Part shown: piece by piece, positions 17,983 through 28,017 of the stretch
Layout of the letters: each line of letters begins with the position of its first letter
How positions within the stretch are numbered: position 1 is the first letter of the stretch
DNA from: a virus
Lineage: Duplodnaviria; Caudoviricetes
IMG/VR virus record: IMGVR_UViG_3300014720_001630
Coordinates: 1-59,454 of that record
DNA: 59,454 bases
Strand: one strand, 5' to 3'
Translations under genes and position numbers: made by a program
Notes under the pieces: generated by a model
What the model saw: only the letters and a program-made list of their open reading frames with translations
Database searches by the model: none
Told to the model about the DNA's origin: nothing

Positions 17983-19031
17983 TGGCAAGCTCGGGCACCT
18001 ACAGGTTCGGGGATACCTTCACCGTCACGGACATGATTGCCGAGGCGCTGGAGAGGTGCGGCATTTTCGGTCCCCGCCAGAACCAGAACCATCAGACCTC
18101 GGCGCTGCGGAGCCTCAACCTCACGCTCGCCGACATGGCGAACAACCAGTTGAACCTGTGGACGTTGGAGCAGGAGGCGCTGACGCTTCTTGAGGGCCAG
18201 ACGGACTACAGCCTGCCCCCTGGGACCGTGGATGTGGTCGGCGTCTATCGGCGGACGATGCTGCGGCAGTTGGGCGGAACGGCAGCGTCGTCGGCAGGGG
18301 GTACTGCGTCGTTCGCGTTTGATGACGACTTTGCCACGGCCTGCACGCAGACGAGCCCCAACGGCAATATCAGCTACGACTTCGGTGCGGGCAACACGCC
18401 GAGCATTACGATGGTCGGCGTGCGGTCGAATGCGCAGACGGCGTACACGCTGTCGGTCCAGATTTCGGTGGACGACGGGACGAACTGGGAGACCGTCTGG
18501 TCGCAGACCAAGACGACGTATGAGAAGGACGTGACGACGTGGAACATCATCCCGTCGGCGCGCGCGGCCCGCTACATCCGGCTCGTGGAGTCGGGTGGTG
18601 CTACGCTCAACATCCAAGAACTGTACTTCTCGACGCAGGTGCAGGACATCGAGGTCGGCCGGTTCTCGCAGCAGGAATACTACGGTCTGCCCGACAAGAC
18701 GACGCCGGGCACGCCGACGGCCTACTTCGTGGACCGCCGCGTCAACCCCGTCGTGATGCGGATCTGGAAGCCGACGAACGGCCAGACCACGATGCTGTTC
18801 TACACGCGCATCCGGCAGATGCAGGACGTGTCGGGCACCTCGCAGACGGTGGACGTGCCGTATCGTTTCCTTGAGGCGGTGACGGCTTCGCTCGCGTGGC
18901 GCATGTCGAGCAAGTACAGCCCGGATCGCGAGGAGCGCCTTGGGTTTCAGGCCGCTGCCGCCATCAAGGCCGCACAGGAGGAGGACGACCAGCGCGTGCC
19001 GCTGCGGTTCTCCGTGATGGGGTACGGCTGA
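17982..19031 (+). CDS. Head-tail adaptor-like protein with an inserted galactose-binding/discoidin-like domain
   Basis: N-terminal EALERCG...SALRSLNL...N..LNLW and C-terminal P.K...GTP...DVPYRFLEA, flanking AFDDD...QISVDDGTNW...ARYIRL. Confidence 0.7.
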   Translation: MASSGTYRFGDTFTVTDMIAEALERCGIFGPRQNQNHQTSALRSLNLTLADMANNQLNLWTLEQEALTLLEGQTDYSLPPGTVDVVGVYRRTMLRQLGGTAASSAGGTASFAFDDDFATACTQTSPNGNISYDFGAGNTPSITMVGVRSNAQTAYTLSVQISVDDGTNWETVWSQTKTTYEKDVTTWNIIPSARAARYIRLVESGGATLNIQELYFSTQVQDIEVGRFSQQEYYGLPDKTTPGTPTAYFVDRRVNPVVMRIWKPTNGQTTMLFYTRIRQMQDVSGTSQTVDVPYRFLEAVTASLAWRMSSKYSPDREERLGFQAAAAIKAAQEEDDQRVPLRFSVMGYG

Positions 19032-19447
19032 TGGGCCGCACCTTCCAACTCAACAATTCAAGCGGGCGCCGCCGTCGGCCGGCGAGCCCCGTCATCGTGC
19101 CGTTCGACAATCCGCAGGGCGTGGGCGTGTGCGACGGCTGCGGTGCCGTGGTCGCGTATCCCCTACTCCAGCAACTCCACCACTACGCCGGCACGCCGCG
19201 CGGTGGCCCCAACACGCCGATGTATGGTCCCGGCGGCGGTCCCGGTGGGCCGCTGGTGCCGACCGGCCTCAAGATGTGCCCGTCGTGTCAGGACGTGCCG
19301 AACGGCCAGTTCTCGCCGCAGGTGCTTGGCCCCGATCCCGTGCCGCTTGCCGAGCCGCGTCCCGAGGCGCCGACGGTGTTCTGGATCCTGACGCAGGACA
19401 ACAACGTGCTTTCGACTGAGGACGAAGAACCTTTGGAGTGGACATAG
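19031..19447 (+). CDS. Zn-ribbon virion protein
   Basis: CDGCG...CPSCQD, DPVPL..PRP, C-terminal ILTQD...TED motif. Confidence 0.7.
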   Translation: MGRTFQLNNSSGRRRRPASPVIVPFDNPQGVGVCDGCGAVVAYPLLQQLHHYAGTPRGGPNTPMYGPGGGPGGPLVPTGLKMCPSCQDVPNGQFSPQVLGPDPVPLAEPRPEAPTVFWILTQDNNVLSTEDEEPLEWT

Positions 19448-19451
19448 CCAT

Positions 19452-20897
19452 ATGGTCGCGGTCCCGATCTTACAGTTGCCCTCAGTATCGTCCCTCACGG
19501 GCAACGAGCAGATTCCGCTTGTCCAGTATGGGGCGACGAAACGCGCGTCGATCAACGACATCCTGTTCACGGTGTCGGGCGGTTTCGTGCCTGTGACGCG
19601 CACGATCTTTGCCGGCTCTGGCTTGTCGGGCGGCGGCACGCTCCTCAACAACGTCACCATCGCGGTTGCTGACAACGGCATTACGAACGCGATGCTGCGG
19701 CAAGCTGCGGCGAACTCGGTCATCGGGCGCGCGGGGGGCACGGCGGGCAACGTGGCGGACATTGCTGCCACGAACAATGGCGACGTTCTCCAACTTTCCG
19801 GCGGTTCGCTGGTGTTTGGGCCGGTGCCTACGTCGGGCATTTCTGGATTTGTGCCTGACTCGCGGACGATCACGACAAGCGGCGGTCTGTCTGGCGGTGG
19901 CGACCTGTCGGCGAATCGGACGTTCATCATCGAGGACACGGTATCGACGGCCGGCAGCGTAGGGTCGAGCACGGCAATTCCGGTTCTCGGCTACAACGCG
20001 CGCGGCCAGTTGACCTCGATTGCGACGGCGGCCGTTTCCGTGTCCGGCATCGGCGGCTTGCCGGACCCCGGCAGCAACGGCGTGGTGGCGCGCACGGCAG
20101 CGTCCACGACGGTCGCGCGGACAATCACGGGCGCGGGCAACGTCAACGTCGCCAACGGCGACGGCGTGGCTGGCAATCCCACGGTCACGTTCTCGGGCAT
20201 CCTGCCGCTTGCCAACGGCGGCACGAATGCGGACCTGTCGGCGACGACCTCGGGGCTGTTGTACCTGACGGGCGGTGCCGCGACGACGATCGCCAACACG
20301 GCGACGGCGGCGCTGGTGACGGGCGGGACGGGCGTTCCGACGTATACGCTAGGAACCGTAGCCAACCGGCTGCTGCGGACGGACGGGTCAAGCATCGCGT
20401 TCGCGCAAGCGGTACTCACGACCGACGTGTCGGGCATCCTGCCTGCGGCCAACGGCGGAACGGCGAGCCCTTACTTCACCGTTTCCGGCCCGCTTGCCGC
20501 GCGCACCTACATTTTCCCCGACGCCAACGCGACGATGGCCGCACTCGGCGTGACACAGACTTGGACGGCCCCGCAGCGCGGCAGCATCGCCACCATCACG
20601 GCGAGCGGCATCGACATCATTCCCGACTTCTCGCTGTCCAACAATTTCCGCGTGACGGTGAGCGGCGCAATGCGCTTGCAGAACCCGACGAACGTGGTCG
20701 GCGGTCAGTCTGGCGGCATCATCTTCACGAACAACGGGCACAGCACGGCCAACGTCACGATTTCTGGAACTTATTGGGTTTTTGCCGATGGCACAGATCC
20801 GACATTCCCGTCAACGTCTGGTGCCGTCTCGCTCGTGTCGTATTTGACGGACACGGCCACGCGCGTCATCGCATCCGGCTTGGGAAACGTGAGTTAA
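19452..20897 (+). CDS. Tail fibre protein 1
   Basis: N-terminal ILQLP...GNEQIPLVQ, two GLSGGG.L repeats, two GILP.ANGGT repeats. Confidence 0.8.
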   Translation: MVAVPILQLPSVSSLTGNEQIPLVQYGATKRASINDILFTVSGGFVPVTRTIFAGSGLSGGGTLLNNVTIAVADNGITNAMLRQAAANSVIGRAGGTAGNVADIAATNNGDVLQLSGGSLVFGPVPTSGISGFVPDSRTITTSGGLSGGGDLSANRTFIIEDTVSTAGSVGSSTAIPVLGYNARGQLTSIATAAVSVSGIGGLPDPGSNGVVARTAASTTVARTITGAGNVNVANGDGVAGNPTVTFSGILPLANGGTNADLSATTSGLLYLTGGAATTIANTATAALVTGGTGVPTYTLGTVANRLLRTDGSSIAFAQAVLTTDVSGILPAANGGTASPYFTVSGPLAARTYIFPDANATMAALGVTQTWTAPQRGSIATITASGIDIIPDFSLSNNFRVTVSGAMRLQNPTNVVGGQSGGIIFTNNGHSTANVTISGTYWVFADGTDPTFPSTSGAVSLVSYLTDTATRVIASGLGNVS

Positions 20898-20898
20898 C

Positions 20899-21741
20899 AT
20901 GATTGTCCCAGGATCACTCATCGCCACGCTTTTGTCGTCGCCTGCAAGTCTTTCACAGGTCGAATACCTCGTCATCGCGGGCGGAGGTTCGGGCGGTACG
21001 CTCGGCGGCGGCGGCGGTGCCGGTGGCTATCGAACCGGCACGCTATCGGTATCTGTCGGCAATACCTACACCGTCACGGTCGGCGGCGGTGGTGCCGGTG
21101 GTCCGTTCCCCACGGCTGGTGCGAACGGCGGCGACAGCGTCTTCGGCAGCATTACATCTTCGGGCGGCGGGCTCGGCGGCTCAAGCGGGGCCGGAGCGAG
21201 CGGCGGGTCCGGTGGCGGCGGCGGTCTTTCCGGCGGCGGTACTGTCAGCGAGCCGGGCGGCACGGGAACTGTCGGGCAGGGCAACGACGGCGGCGACTGC
21301 ACGGGTGGGTCTCAAGGTAACTACGGCGGCGGCGGCGGTGCCGGTGTAGCGGGACAGGACGGCATTTCCGGCGGTCAGTCGGGTGCGGGTGGCGACGGCC
21401 TTTCGTCCAGCATTACGGGATCGAGCGTCACGCGCGGCGGTGGCGGTGGTGGTGGTCGCGCACAGGGCGGGTCTACCCTTCGCGGCCTCGGCGGTTCTGG
21501 CGGCGGCGGCAACGGGAACACGACCGGCAACAACGCATCGAACGGCACGGCGAACACGGGCGGCGGCGGTGGTGGTGCGGGCGGCGGTAACGGGTCCGGT
21601 AACGGCGGCTCGGGTTTTGTCGCGATCCGCTATCCCGACAGTTTCCCGGCGGCGACGAGCACGACGGGCTCGCCGACCGTCACGGTTACGGGCGGATATA
21701 GAATTTACGAGTGGACCGGATCGGGGAGCATCACCTTCTGA
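20899..21741 (+). CDS. Glycine-rich adhesin / fibre-tip protein
   Basis: VEYLVIAGGG...GGGGGAGGY...NTGGGGGG...GGSGFVAIRY...Y.WTGSGSITF. Confidence 0.8.
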   Translation: MIVPGSLIATLLSSPASLSQVEYLVIAGGGSGGTLGGGGGAGGYRTGTLSVSVGNTYTVTVGGGGAGGPFPTAGANGGDSVFGSITSSGGGLGGSSGAGASGGSGGGGGLSGGGTVSEPGGTGTVGQGNDGGDCTGGSQGNYGGGGGAGVAGQDGISGGQSGAGGDGLSSSITGSSVTRGGGGGGGRAQGGSTLRGLGGSGGGGNGNTTGNNASNGTANTGGGGGGAGGGNGSGNGGSGFVAIRYPDSFPAATSTTGSPTVTVTGGYRIYEWTGSGSITF

Positions 21742-22076
21742 TGGCACACTTTGCCCGCATGGACGGAAACACCGTCACGCAAGTTATCGTCGTCCACAAC
21801 AACGACGCGCCGACCGAAGCGGCAGGCATTGCTTTTTGCCGCTCGCTCTACGGACAGGACACGGACTGGCTCCAATGTTCCTACAACGGGAACATGCGCA
21901 AGCAGTATCCGGGGCCGGGGTACACTTACGACAACGCGCGCGACGAGTTCGTATCGCCGCGCCCCTACCCGTCGTGGACCCTCGACGCGAACAACGACTG
22001 GCAGGCTCCAGTTCCGAAGCCGGATGCGGCGCACTGGTTTTGGGATGAAGCAAACCAACAGTGGATCGCGCCATGA
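21741..22076 (+). CDS. Putative fibre assembly/chaperone protein
   Basis: MAHFA...WLQCSYN...RKQYPG.GYTYD...PYPSW..., the usual neighbour of glycine-rich adhesins. Confidence 0.75.
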   Translation: MAHFARMDGNTVTQVIVVHNNDAPTEAAGIAFCRSLYGQDTDWLQCSYNGNMRKQYPGPGYTYDNARDEFVSPRPYPSWTLDANNDWQAPVPKPDAAHWFWDEANQQWIAP

Positions 22077-22555
22077 TCGCCCTCTACGCCCTGTGGTGCG
22101 GCTTCTGCTGGGTGCTGCGCGGCGGTCTGTACGGCCGGTTCCACCGCGCCGCGTTCGGCTGGAAGCCCGGCACGCAGTTGACGCGCGCAGTGAGCGCCGT
22201 GCTGATGGCGGCGCCCTTGGCGGTCGCGTTCGATCCCGCGTTCGCGGTGTTGGCGCTGTCGGTGTGGGCGGCGATGACGATTGGCTACTTCGACGACGCG
22301 ATGGGTCTCGTCGAGACGCCGCGGGACTACCTGTTCATGGCTCTGTGGGGTTCTGCGGTGTCGCTGACAATGCTGCTGCCGCTTGGCTACCTCGTCTCGC
22401 CGTGGGCGCTCGCATGGTGCGGCCTTGGCGCGCTGGCTGTCTCGGCCTACGGGATTAACAAACCGTTTGGACGCCGGCTTGGGTTGGACTGGACCGAGCG
22501 GGCGGAAATCTGCACGGGAGTCGCGTTCGGTTGCGCTTTGTGGAGTGCGACATGA
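22073..22555 (+). CDS. Multi-pass membrane protein
   Basis: Several hydrophobic segments; ATGA overlap. Confidence 0.7.
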   Translation: MIALYALWCGFCWVLRGGLYGRFHRAAFGWKPGTQLTRAVSAVLMAAPLAVAFDPAFAVLALSVWAAMTIGYFDDAMGLVETPRDYLFMALWGSAVSLTMLLPLGYLVSPWALAWCGLGALAVSAYGINKPFGRRLGLDWTERAEICTGVAFGCALWSAT

Positions 22556-22628
22556 GCGCGACAAAACTGAGGCTTCAGCAAGGTTCCATTGTGGTTGTTG
22601 TACCGCATATCATGGGAGGGCGATAGCC

Positions 22629-22898
22629 ATGTCTCCTGTGGATGCGGATGCCGAAATGGACAAAGAAGCGATCAAGAAGGTGAACGAGTTGGACAAGTGG
22701 CAATCTCGGCACGAGATCGAGTGCGAGGCCCGTCACAAGGCCATCGGGCTCCGCATCGAGGGTCTTGTTGAGCGCATGAAGCGCGGCGAGATCCTGCTGT
22801 GGGCGATCATGCTCGTCACCGTGCTCGGCATCGGCAACCATCCCAACGGCGTGGTCGGTTTCATCCGTGAGGCCATTACGCAGGTGTCGCAGCGATGA
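22629..22898 (+). CDS. Putative holin (XhlA-like: coiled coil plus one TM)
   Basis: GGGAGG SD, HEIECEARH coiled coil, then ILLWAIMLVTVLGIG; directly before the endolysin. Confidence 0.55.
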   Translation: MSPVDADAEMDKEAIKKVNELDKWQSRHEIECEARHKAIGLRIEGLVERMKRGEILLWAIMLVTVLGIGNHPNGVVGFIREAITQVSQR

Positions 22899-23599
22899 TT
22901 AACGCGGCCGGACTGGCGCTCATCAAGGAGTTCGAGGGGTGCCGTCTGGAGGCATACCTTGACATTGCCGGCGTGCCCACTGTGGGTTTTGGTCATACTG
23001 GCCCCGGCGTCAAGTTGGGCCTCAAGTGGACGCAGGATCGCGCCGACAACCAGCTTCTCGCCGACGTGGCCGTGTTCGCGCAGGGCGTCAACGCGGCCTG
23101 CAAGGAGAGCCCCAACGACAACCAGTTGGCGGCCATGACGAGCCTTGCGTTCAACGTCGGCCTCGGCGCCTTCCGCAAGTCCACGGTGCTGCGGATGCAC
23201 AACCAGATGAAATTTGCCGAGGCCGCGGCGGCCTTCGGCATGTGGAACAAGGCAGGCGGCGAGGTGCGCGCAGGCTTGACGCGCCGCCGTGCTGCCGAGA
23301 CGGCGCTGTACCTGACGCCGGTGGACGCGGCGACCGTGCAGACCACGCGCGCCGCACCGGACCCGAGCAAGGATCCGGCAACCTCCAAGTGGAACATCCC
23401 GGCCATTACGGCCGGCGCTACTGCGGCCATGACCGGCGCGCAACAGGTCGTCGGGCAGGTCGAGGCGGTGTGGGGCCAGCTTTACCGGCTTGGCATCAAC
23501 CCGCACTACCTCATGGCCGCATTGGGTGTCGCCGCCGTGGTCGGAATAGGTTATTTTGTCTACGACCAGTGGCGCCGCAATCAGGAGGGCGACAGGTGA
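22895..23599 (+). CDS. Endolysin (GH24 lysozyme) with a hydrophobic C-terminal extension
   Basis: E-x8-D-x5-T triad (EGCRLEAYLDIAGVPT), AFNVG, GLTRRRAAE; C-terminal LMAALGVAAVVGIGYFVY. Confidence 0.93.
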   Translation: MINAAGLALIKEFEGCRLEAYLDIAGVPTVGFGHTGPGVKLGLKWTQDRADNQLLADVAVFAQGVNAACKESPNDNQLAAMTSLAFNVGLGAFRKSTVLRMHNQMKFAEAAAAFGMWNKAGGEVRAGLTRRRAAETALYLTPVDAATVQTTRAAPDPSKDPATSKWNIPAITAGATAAMTGAQQVVGQVEAVWGQLYRLGINPHYLMAALGVAAVVGIGYFVYDQWRRNQEGDR

Positions 23600-23832
23600 C
23601 TTTCCTCGCCAGCATCGGGCTCAAGGTGTGGGGCTACGTCGCTGCGGCTGTTGCCGTGGTGGTCGGCCTGCTGACCATGTTCGGCCGCGCCAAGCAGGCG
23701 GGACGCGACGAGGTGGCCGGTGCCGTCAACAAGTCCACGGCGGACGCCAACGCGCGCATGGTGGACGCCGCCGTGCAGGCGCCAGGTGACAGGCAGGGGG
23801 TCGCGAATGACGCGCGCAAGGGCCGCTTTTAG
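23596..23832 (+). CDS. Putative i-spanin (Rz-like)
   Basis: N-terminal TM followed by a helical domain; follows the endolysin. Confidence 0.7.
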   Translation: MTFLASIGLKVWGYVAAAVAVVVGLLTMFGRAKQAGRDEVAGAVNKSTADANARMVDAAVQAPGDRQGVANDARKGRF

Positions 23833-24037
23833 CGCCATCGCATTGCTGGCTCTGACGGGCTGCGGCCAGACGGTCGTGGTCAAGAACCAGTGCCCGCCGA
23901 TCGTGCAGTACCAACAGCCGTTTCTCAACAAGCTCGCGGACGAGGTTGACCGGATGCCGCTCGACAGCGCGGCGCTCAAGGCCATCATCGACTACCGGCA
24001 ACTGCGCGACGTGATCCGCGCGTGCAAGGGGGAATGA
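23807..24037 (+). CDS. Putative o-spanin lipoprotein (Rz1-like)
   Basis: Signal peptide with LTGC lipobox; overlaps the end of the i-spanin gene. Confidence 0.75.
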   Translation: MTRARAAFSAIALLALTGCGQTVVVKNQCPPIVQYQQPFLNKLADEVDRMPLDSAALKAIIDYRQLRDVIRACKGE

Positions 24038-24040
24038 GGC

Positions 24041-24709
24041 ATGGCTGCGGTCCTCACATATTCCTCGCTGGTTGCGAACCTCACCGCCTACGCCGAGCGC
24101 ATCGGCGACACGGGCATGATCGAGAAGATTCCGTTCTTCATCACGCTTGCGGAGTATCGCGTCTCGCAAGAGGTGAAGGTTCTTCCGGCGATCAATTTCG
24201 TGACGGGCAATTTTGTGTCGGGAACGAGCGTCTACCAGAAGCCGGGTCGGCTGCGGGATTTTGAGTTCATCAACTTCTCGGCCGGCGCATCCGGCTTCGA
24301 GACGACGCCGCCGTTCAATCGACGCATCAACCTGCTCAAGCGGGCCTACGATTTCTGCCGCGAGTTCTGGCCCGACCCGACCGTGACCGGCGTGCCGCAG
24401 TATTACGCGGACTACGGCATGGGCAACATGCTGATCGTCCCGACGCCGAACGCGGCGTATCCGTTCGAGATCGGCTACTACGAGCGCGCCGAGCCGCTGA
24501 CGGATTCCAACCAGACCAACTGGATGACGATCTATGCGCCGAACCTCTTGATGTACGCCTGCATGTGGGAAATGCAGTTGTTCCTCAAGAATTTCGAGAT
24601 GGCGAAAGAGTGGCAGGAGCTTTACAACCGCGCCGCCCGTGCCTTGTCCAACGAGGACGTGCTGCAATCCACCGATGCGCAGTCGTCGCAGAACGCTGAC
24701 GGGGGCTGA
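24041..24709 (+). CDS. Putative tail adaptor/connector protein
   Basis: TYSSL......Y.ER...IP.FI.LAE, GVPQYYA, PTPNAAY, TNW....PNLLMYA. Confidence 0.75.
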   Translation: MAAVLTYSSLVANLTAYAERIGDTGMIEKIPFFITLAEYRVSQEVKVLPAINFVTGNFVSGTSVYQKPGRLRDFEFINFSAGASGFETTPPFNRRINLLKRAYDFCREFWPDPTVTGVPQYYADYGMGNMLIVPTPNAAYPFEIGYYERAEPLTDSNQTNWMTIYAPNLLMYACMWEMQLFLKNFEMAKEWQELYNRAARALSNEDVLQSTDAQSSQNADGG

Positions 24710-24711
24710 GA

Positions 24712-26253
24712 ATGAGCTACACGGATGTATTCGGCGGCGGCGTGGCGAGCCCGGCAGATGTGCAGTACCGCGCATTTACCATCGCCGCGAACACGACGCT
24801 GCAATGGCCGTCCTCCAACGAGGACCAGCCCAACGTCGTCGCGCGTTTCATGCAGATCACGGCGTCGGCCGGCAGCCTGACGCTCACGATGCCTCCGGCC
24901 AACGAGGCGGCGACGGGCGAGAACACGGTCATCCGCAACGTCGGCGCCAATGCGTTCACGGTTCTGTCGGACGGGGGTGCCACCATCGGCACGGTCGCGG
25001 CGGGAGAGACGAAGTACATCTACGTGACGGACAACAGCACGGCGGCGGGGTCGTGGAGCATCTACACGTTCGGCACCGGCACGTCGGGTGCCGACGCTTC
25101 GGCGCTTGCGGGGCTCGGCCTGCGTGCGTCGGCAAACACGCTCCAGCAGGCGCTTTCGGTCAATCAGTTGGCGATGAATTACACGGCGCTGACGACGGAT
25201 CGCGCGTCCGTGATCGAGTGGGTCGGCGGTGTCGGCACGCTGGCGCTGACGGCGGCGGCCACGCTGGGCAACAACTGGTTCATCTACGTCAACAACCAAG
25301 GTTCGGGCACGCTGACGGTCAACCCCAATGGCAGCGAGACGATCGACGGCGAGGCGACGATCTCCATCTTGCAGGACGAGTCCTGCATGATCGTGTGCGA
25401 TGGGACGAACTTCATCACCGTGGGCCGCGGGCGCGCTGTGTCCGTCACGGTGACGGCGGCGAGCATCAACATTGCGGGCTCCGGCACGACGACGCTCTCG
25501 ACGGCAGAGGCGGCGGCACAGGTGCAGGATTACACGGGACTGTTGACCGGAAACCGCATCGTCAACTACGGCTCGTCGCCGGGCTTCTGGTTCGTGACCA
25601 ACAGCACGACGGGCGCTTTCACGGTCACGCTGCGGGTGGATAGCTCGGATACCGGTGTCGCCATTGCGGCGGGTACGTCTGGCGTGTTCGTGTCGGACGG
25701 CGTGAACCTCACGAGCGCCATCAGTCTCACGTCCGGCACGGTCACGAACGTCGCCACGGGTACCGGCCTCACGGGCGGTCCCATCACCACGACGGGCACC
25801 ATCAGCCTCGCCAATACGGCTGTGTCGCCGGGGTCGTACACGGTGCTTGGTGGCACGGTGGATGCGCAGGGGCGGCTGACAGCGGCGACCGAGCGCATTT
25901 CGACCGTGAACAACTGGCAGGCCGGTCAGGTCGGGCCGTTTCTTGCGGTGCCGTATTCGACCACGATCTCGCTCAATCTTGCGGCATCCAACAATTTCCG
26001 CATTGCCGGCATCACGGGAAATTTCACGCTCGCCAATCCGACGAACATCCCCACGTCGGGCGGCCAGTCGGGGTTGATTGACCTCAATATGTCCGGCGGG
26101 TCGTACCAGATCACGGCCTACGGAAATGCGTGGGTGTCAAAATTGGGAGTGCGGCCGACGATTTCAGGCACTCGCTCGATTTTGTCGTATATGGCTCTCG
26201 ATTCTGCGTCTGTGTTTCTTGCGTCCAGCGATGACGTAAGGACCGTTTCGTGA
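24712..26253 (+). CDS. Tail fibre protein 2
   Basis: Repeated beta modules, GTVTNVATGTGLTGGPITTTGTISLAN, C-terminal domain resembling fibre 1. Confidence 0.8.
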   Translation: MSYTDVFGGGVASPADVQYRAFTIAANTTLQWPSSNEDQPNVVARFMQITASAGSLTLTMPPANEAATGENTVIRNVGANAFTVLSDGGATIGTVAAGETKYIYVTDNSTAAGSWSIYTFGTGTSGADASALAGLGLRASANTLQQALSVNQLAMNYTALTTDRASVIEWVGGVGTLALTAAATLGNNWFIYVNNQGSGTLTVNPNGSETIDGEATISILQDESCMIVCDGTNFITVGRGRAVSVTVTAASINIAGSGTTTLSTAEAAAQVQDYTGLLTGNRIVNYGSSPGFWFVTNSTTGAFTVTLRVDSSDTGVAIAAGTSGVFVSDGVNLTSAISLTSGTVTNVATGTGLTGGPITTTGTISLANTAVSPGSYTVLGGTVDAQGRLTAATERISTVNNWQAGQVGPFLAVPYSTTISLNLAASNNFRIAGITGNFTLANPTNIPTSGGQSGLIDLNMSGGSYQITAYGNAWVSKLGVRPTISGTRSILSYMALDSASVFLASSDDVRTVS

Positions 26254-27770
26254 GTGACGGCGCTCCCCTTCTTCTGGTCGGCAAACCTGGGATCAAGCGT
26301 GACGGCACGCTGACGGAGGGCGAGTATTGCGTTGACGGCGAGTGGGTGCGGTGGAACCGCCTCGGTCGCCCGCGCAAGATGAATGGCTACAACAAGATCA
26401 GCGACGTTGCTTCCGGCCCCATCTACGGGTTCAAGATTTTCCCCGAGGGCGGCAACGGGTTTGTGTTCACGGGTTCGCAGAACGGCGTCGAGATGCAGCG
26501 CCTCACGCTGCAAGGCATCTACGCCGGCGGCCCGTTCGACCGGACGACATCGGGTGGCATCACCACCTCGGGCGACGTGTGGGTGTTCGATACGATCTAC
26601 GACCCGACGGGTCTCAACGTGCCGGTCGTACTGGCGCACGGTGCACCGAACCTCAACGACATCGACTCCAACGTCACGGTGTCCACCTACTACGGCTCGC
26701 TCACCGCGACGACGCCGCTCATTCCGACGACGGCCCCCCCGTCATCCGGCGGCGTGGTCGTGCTGCACCCGTATGTATTCGTCTACGGCTCCAACGGTCA
26801 AGTCGCGTGGTCCGATCCCGGCGTGCCTGCGACGTTCACCAGCGCGAATGCCGCCCGCATCACGGGCTCCAAGATCGTCTATGGCGCCCCCGTGCGCGGC
26901 GGTGCAGGGCAGGCGCCTGCTGGCTTGTTCTGGTCGCTCGACAGCGTGGTTCGTGCCACCTTCAACGGTGGCTCGACGGACTTCGATTTCGACACGATCA
27001 CGGCAGAGAGCAGCATCCTGTCGAGCCGGTGCGTCGTGGAAATGGACGGGCTGTTCTACTGGATCGGCACCGATCGTTTCCTGTTCTACAACGGCATCGT
27101 CAAGGAGTTGCCGAACGCGCTCAACTCGGACGACTTTTTCTCAAACGTCAACTTGAACTACCGGCAAAAGGTGTGGGGCACGAAGGTTCCGCGGTGGGGC
27201 GAAATCTGGTGGTTCTATCCGCGCGGCACGGCGACGGAAGCCAACCACGCGATCATCTACAACGTGCCGCTTCAAACCTGGTACGACACGGCAATCCCCG
27301 AGGGCGGGCGGTCGGACGGGTTCTTTGCGCAGGTCATTCCCAACCCCGTGTGGGCGGGTCTTGAGGAGTCGCCGACGAACACCTATCCGCTCTGGCTTCA
27401 CGAGAAGCAGGGCAGCTACGACAAGGTGGACGGCACGACGCAGGCGATCCGGTCGTTCTTCCAGACGCAGGACTACAACTATGCCGACCAAGGGCGCGTC
27501 AACAACGTGCGCATCACGCGCATCGAGTTGGATCTGAACCAGACGCAGAATATGACGGTCGAGCGCATCGGCTACGCCTATCCGCGGAGCACGCCGGTCA
27601 CGACATCCGCGGTGTCGTTCTCGCCGACCGAGACGGTGGTGGACAGCCTGCGCGGCCAGTCGCGATATCTGTTCCTCAAGTTCACGTCCAACGTCGCCGG
27701 CGGGTTCTATGAGTTTGGCGATACCCGCATCTGGCTCGACGGCGGCGACACGCGGCCGGGAGGTGGGTGA
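26250..27770 (+). CDS. Tail nozzle / head-closure protein (P22 gp10-like)
   Basis: PGIKRDGT..., VAWSDP, F..YNG.V..LP, EIWWFYP, WY; beta-propeller-like, directly before the ejection genes. Confidence 0.75.
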   Translation: MSDGAPLLLVGKPGIKRDGTLTEGEYCVDGEWVRWNRLGRPRKMNGYNKISDVASGPIYGFKIFPEGGNGFVFTGSQNGVEMQRLTLQGIYAGGPFDRTTSGGITTSGDVWVFDTIYDPTGLNVPVVLAHGAPNLNDIDSNVTVSTYYGSLTATTPLIPTTAPPSSGGVVVLHPYVFVYGSNGQVAWSDPGVPATFTSANAARITGSKIVYGAPVRGGAGQAPAGLFWSLDSVVRATFNGGSTDFDFDTITAESSILSSRCVVEMDGLFYWIGTDRFLFYNGIVKELPNALNSDDFFSNVNLNYRQKVWGTKVPRWGEIWWFYPRGTATEANHAIIYNVPLQTWYDTAIPEGGRSDGFFAQVIPNPVWAGLEESPTNTYPLWLHEKQGSYDKVDGTTQAIRSFFQTQDYNYADQGRVNNVRITRIELDLNQTQNMTVERIGYAYPRSTPVTTSAVSFSPTETVVDSLRGQSRYLFLKFTSNVAGGFYEFGDTRIWLDGGDTRPGGG

Positions 27771-28000
27771 TGCGGTCGGCTGTCATGCCAACGGGCCTCA
27801 CGCCGGAACAGTGGGCGGCGCAGTTGCGGATCGACTTTTCGACGGACGACATTCCGCAATGGACGCCGGACCTTACATGGGTCCAATGGGCGCGGATCGT
27901 CTACAACCAGAGCGCCACGCTGCGGGGTGCCGCGCCGTCGCCGGAGCAGTTCGGCACGTTTGAGGAATGGGCGGAGCGGGTCTTTCAGGCAACCAACTGA
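27767..28000 (+). CDS. Small Trp-rich virion protein
   Basis: Overlaps the nozzle gene; W..WA and P.P..F..FEEWA motifs. Confidence 0.65.
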   Translation: MMRSAVMPTGLTPEQWAAQLRIDFSTDDIPQWTPDLTWVQWARIVYNQSATLRGAAPSPEQFGTFEEWAERVFQATN

Positions 28001-28017
28001 TTGTGGTAGGGTGCGAC

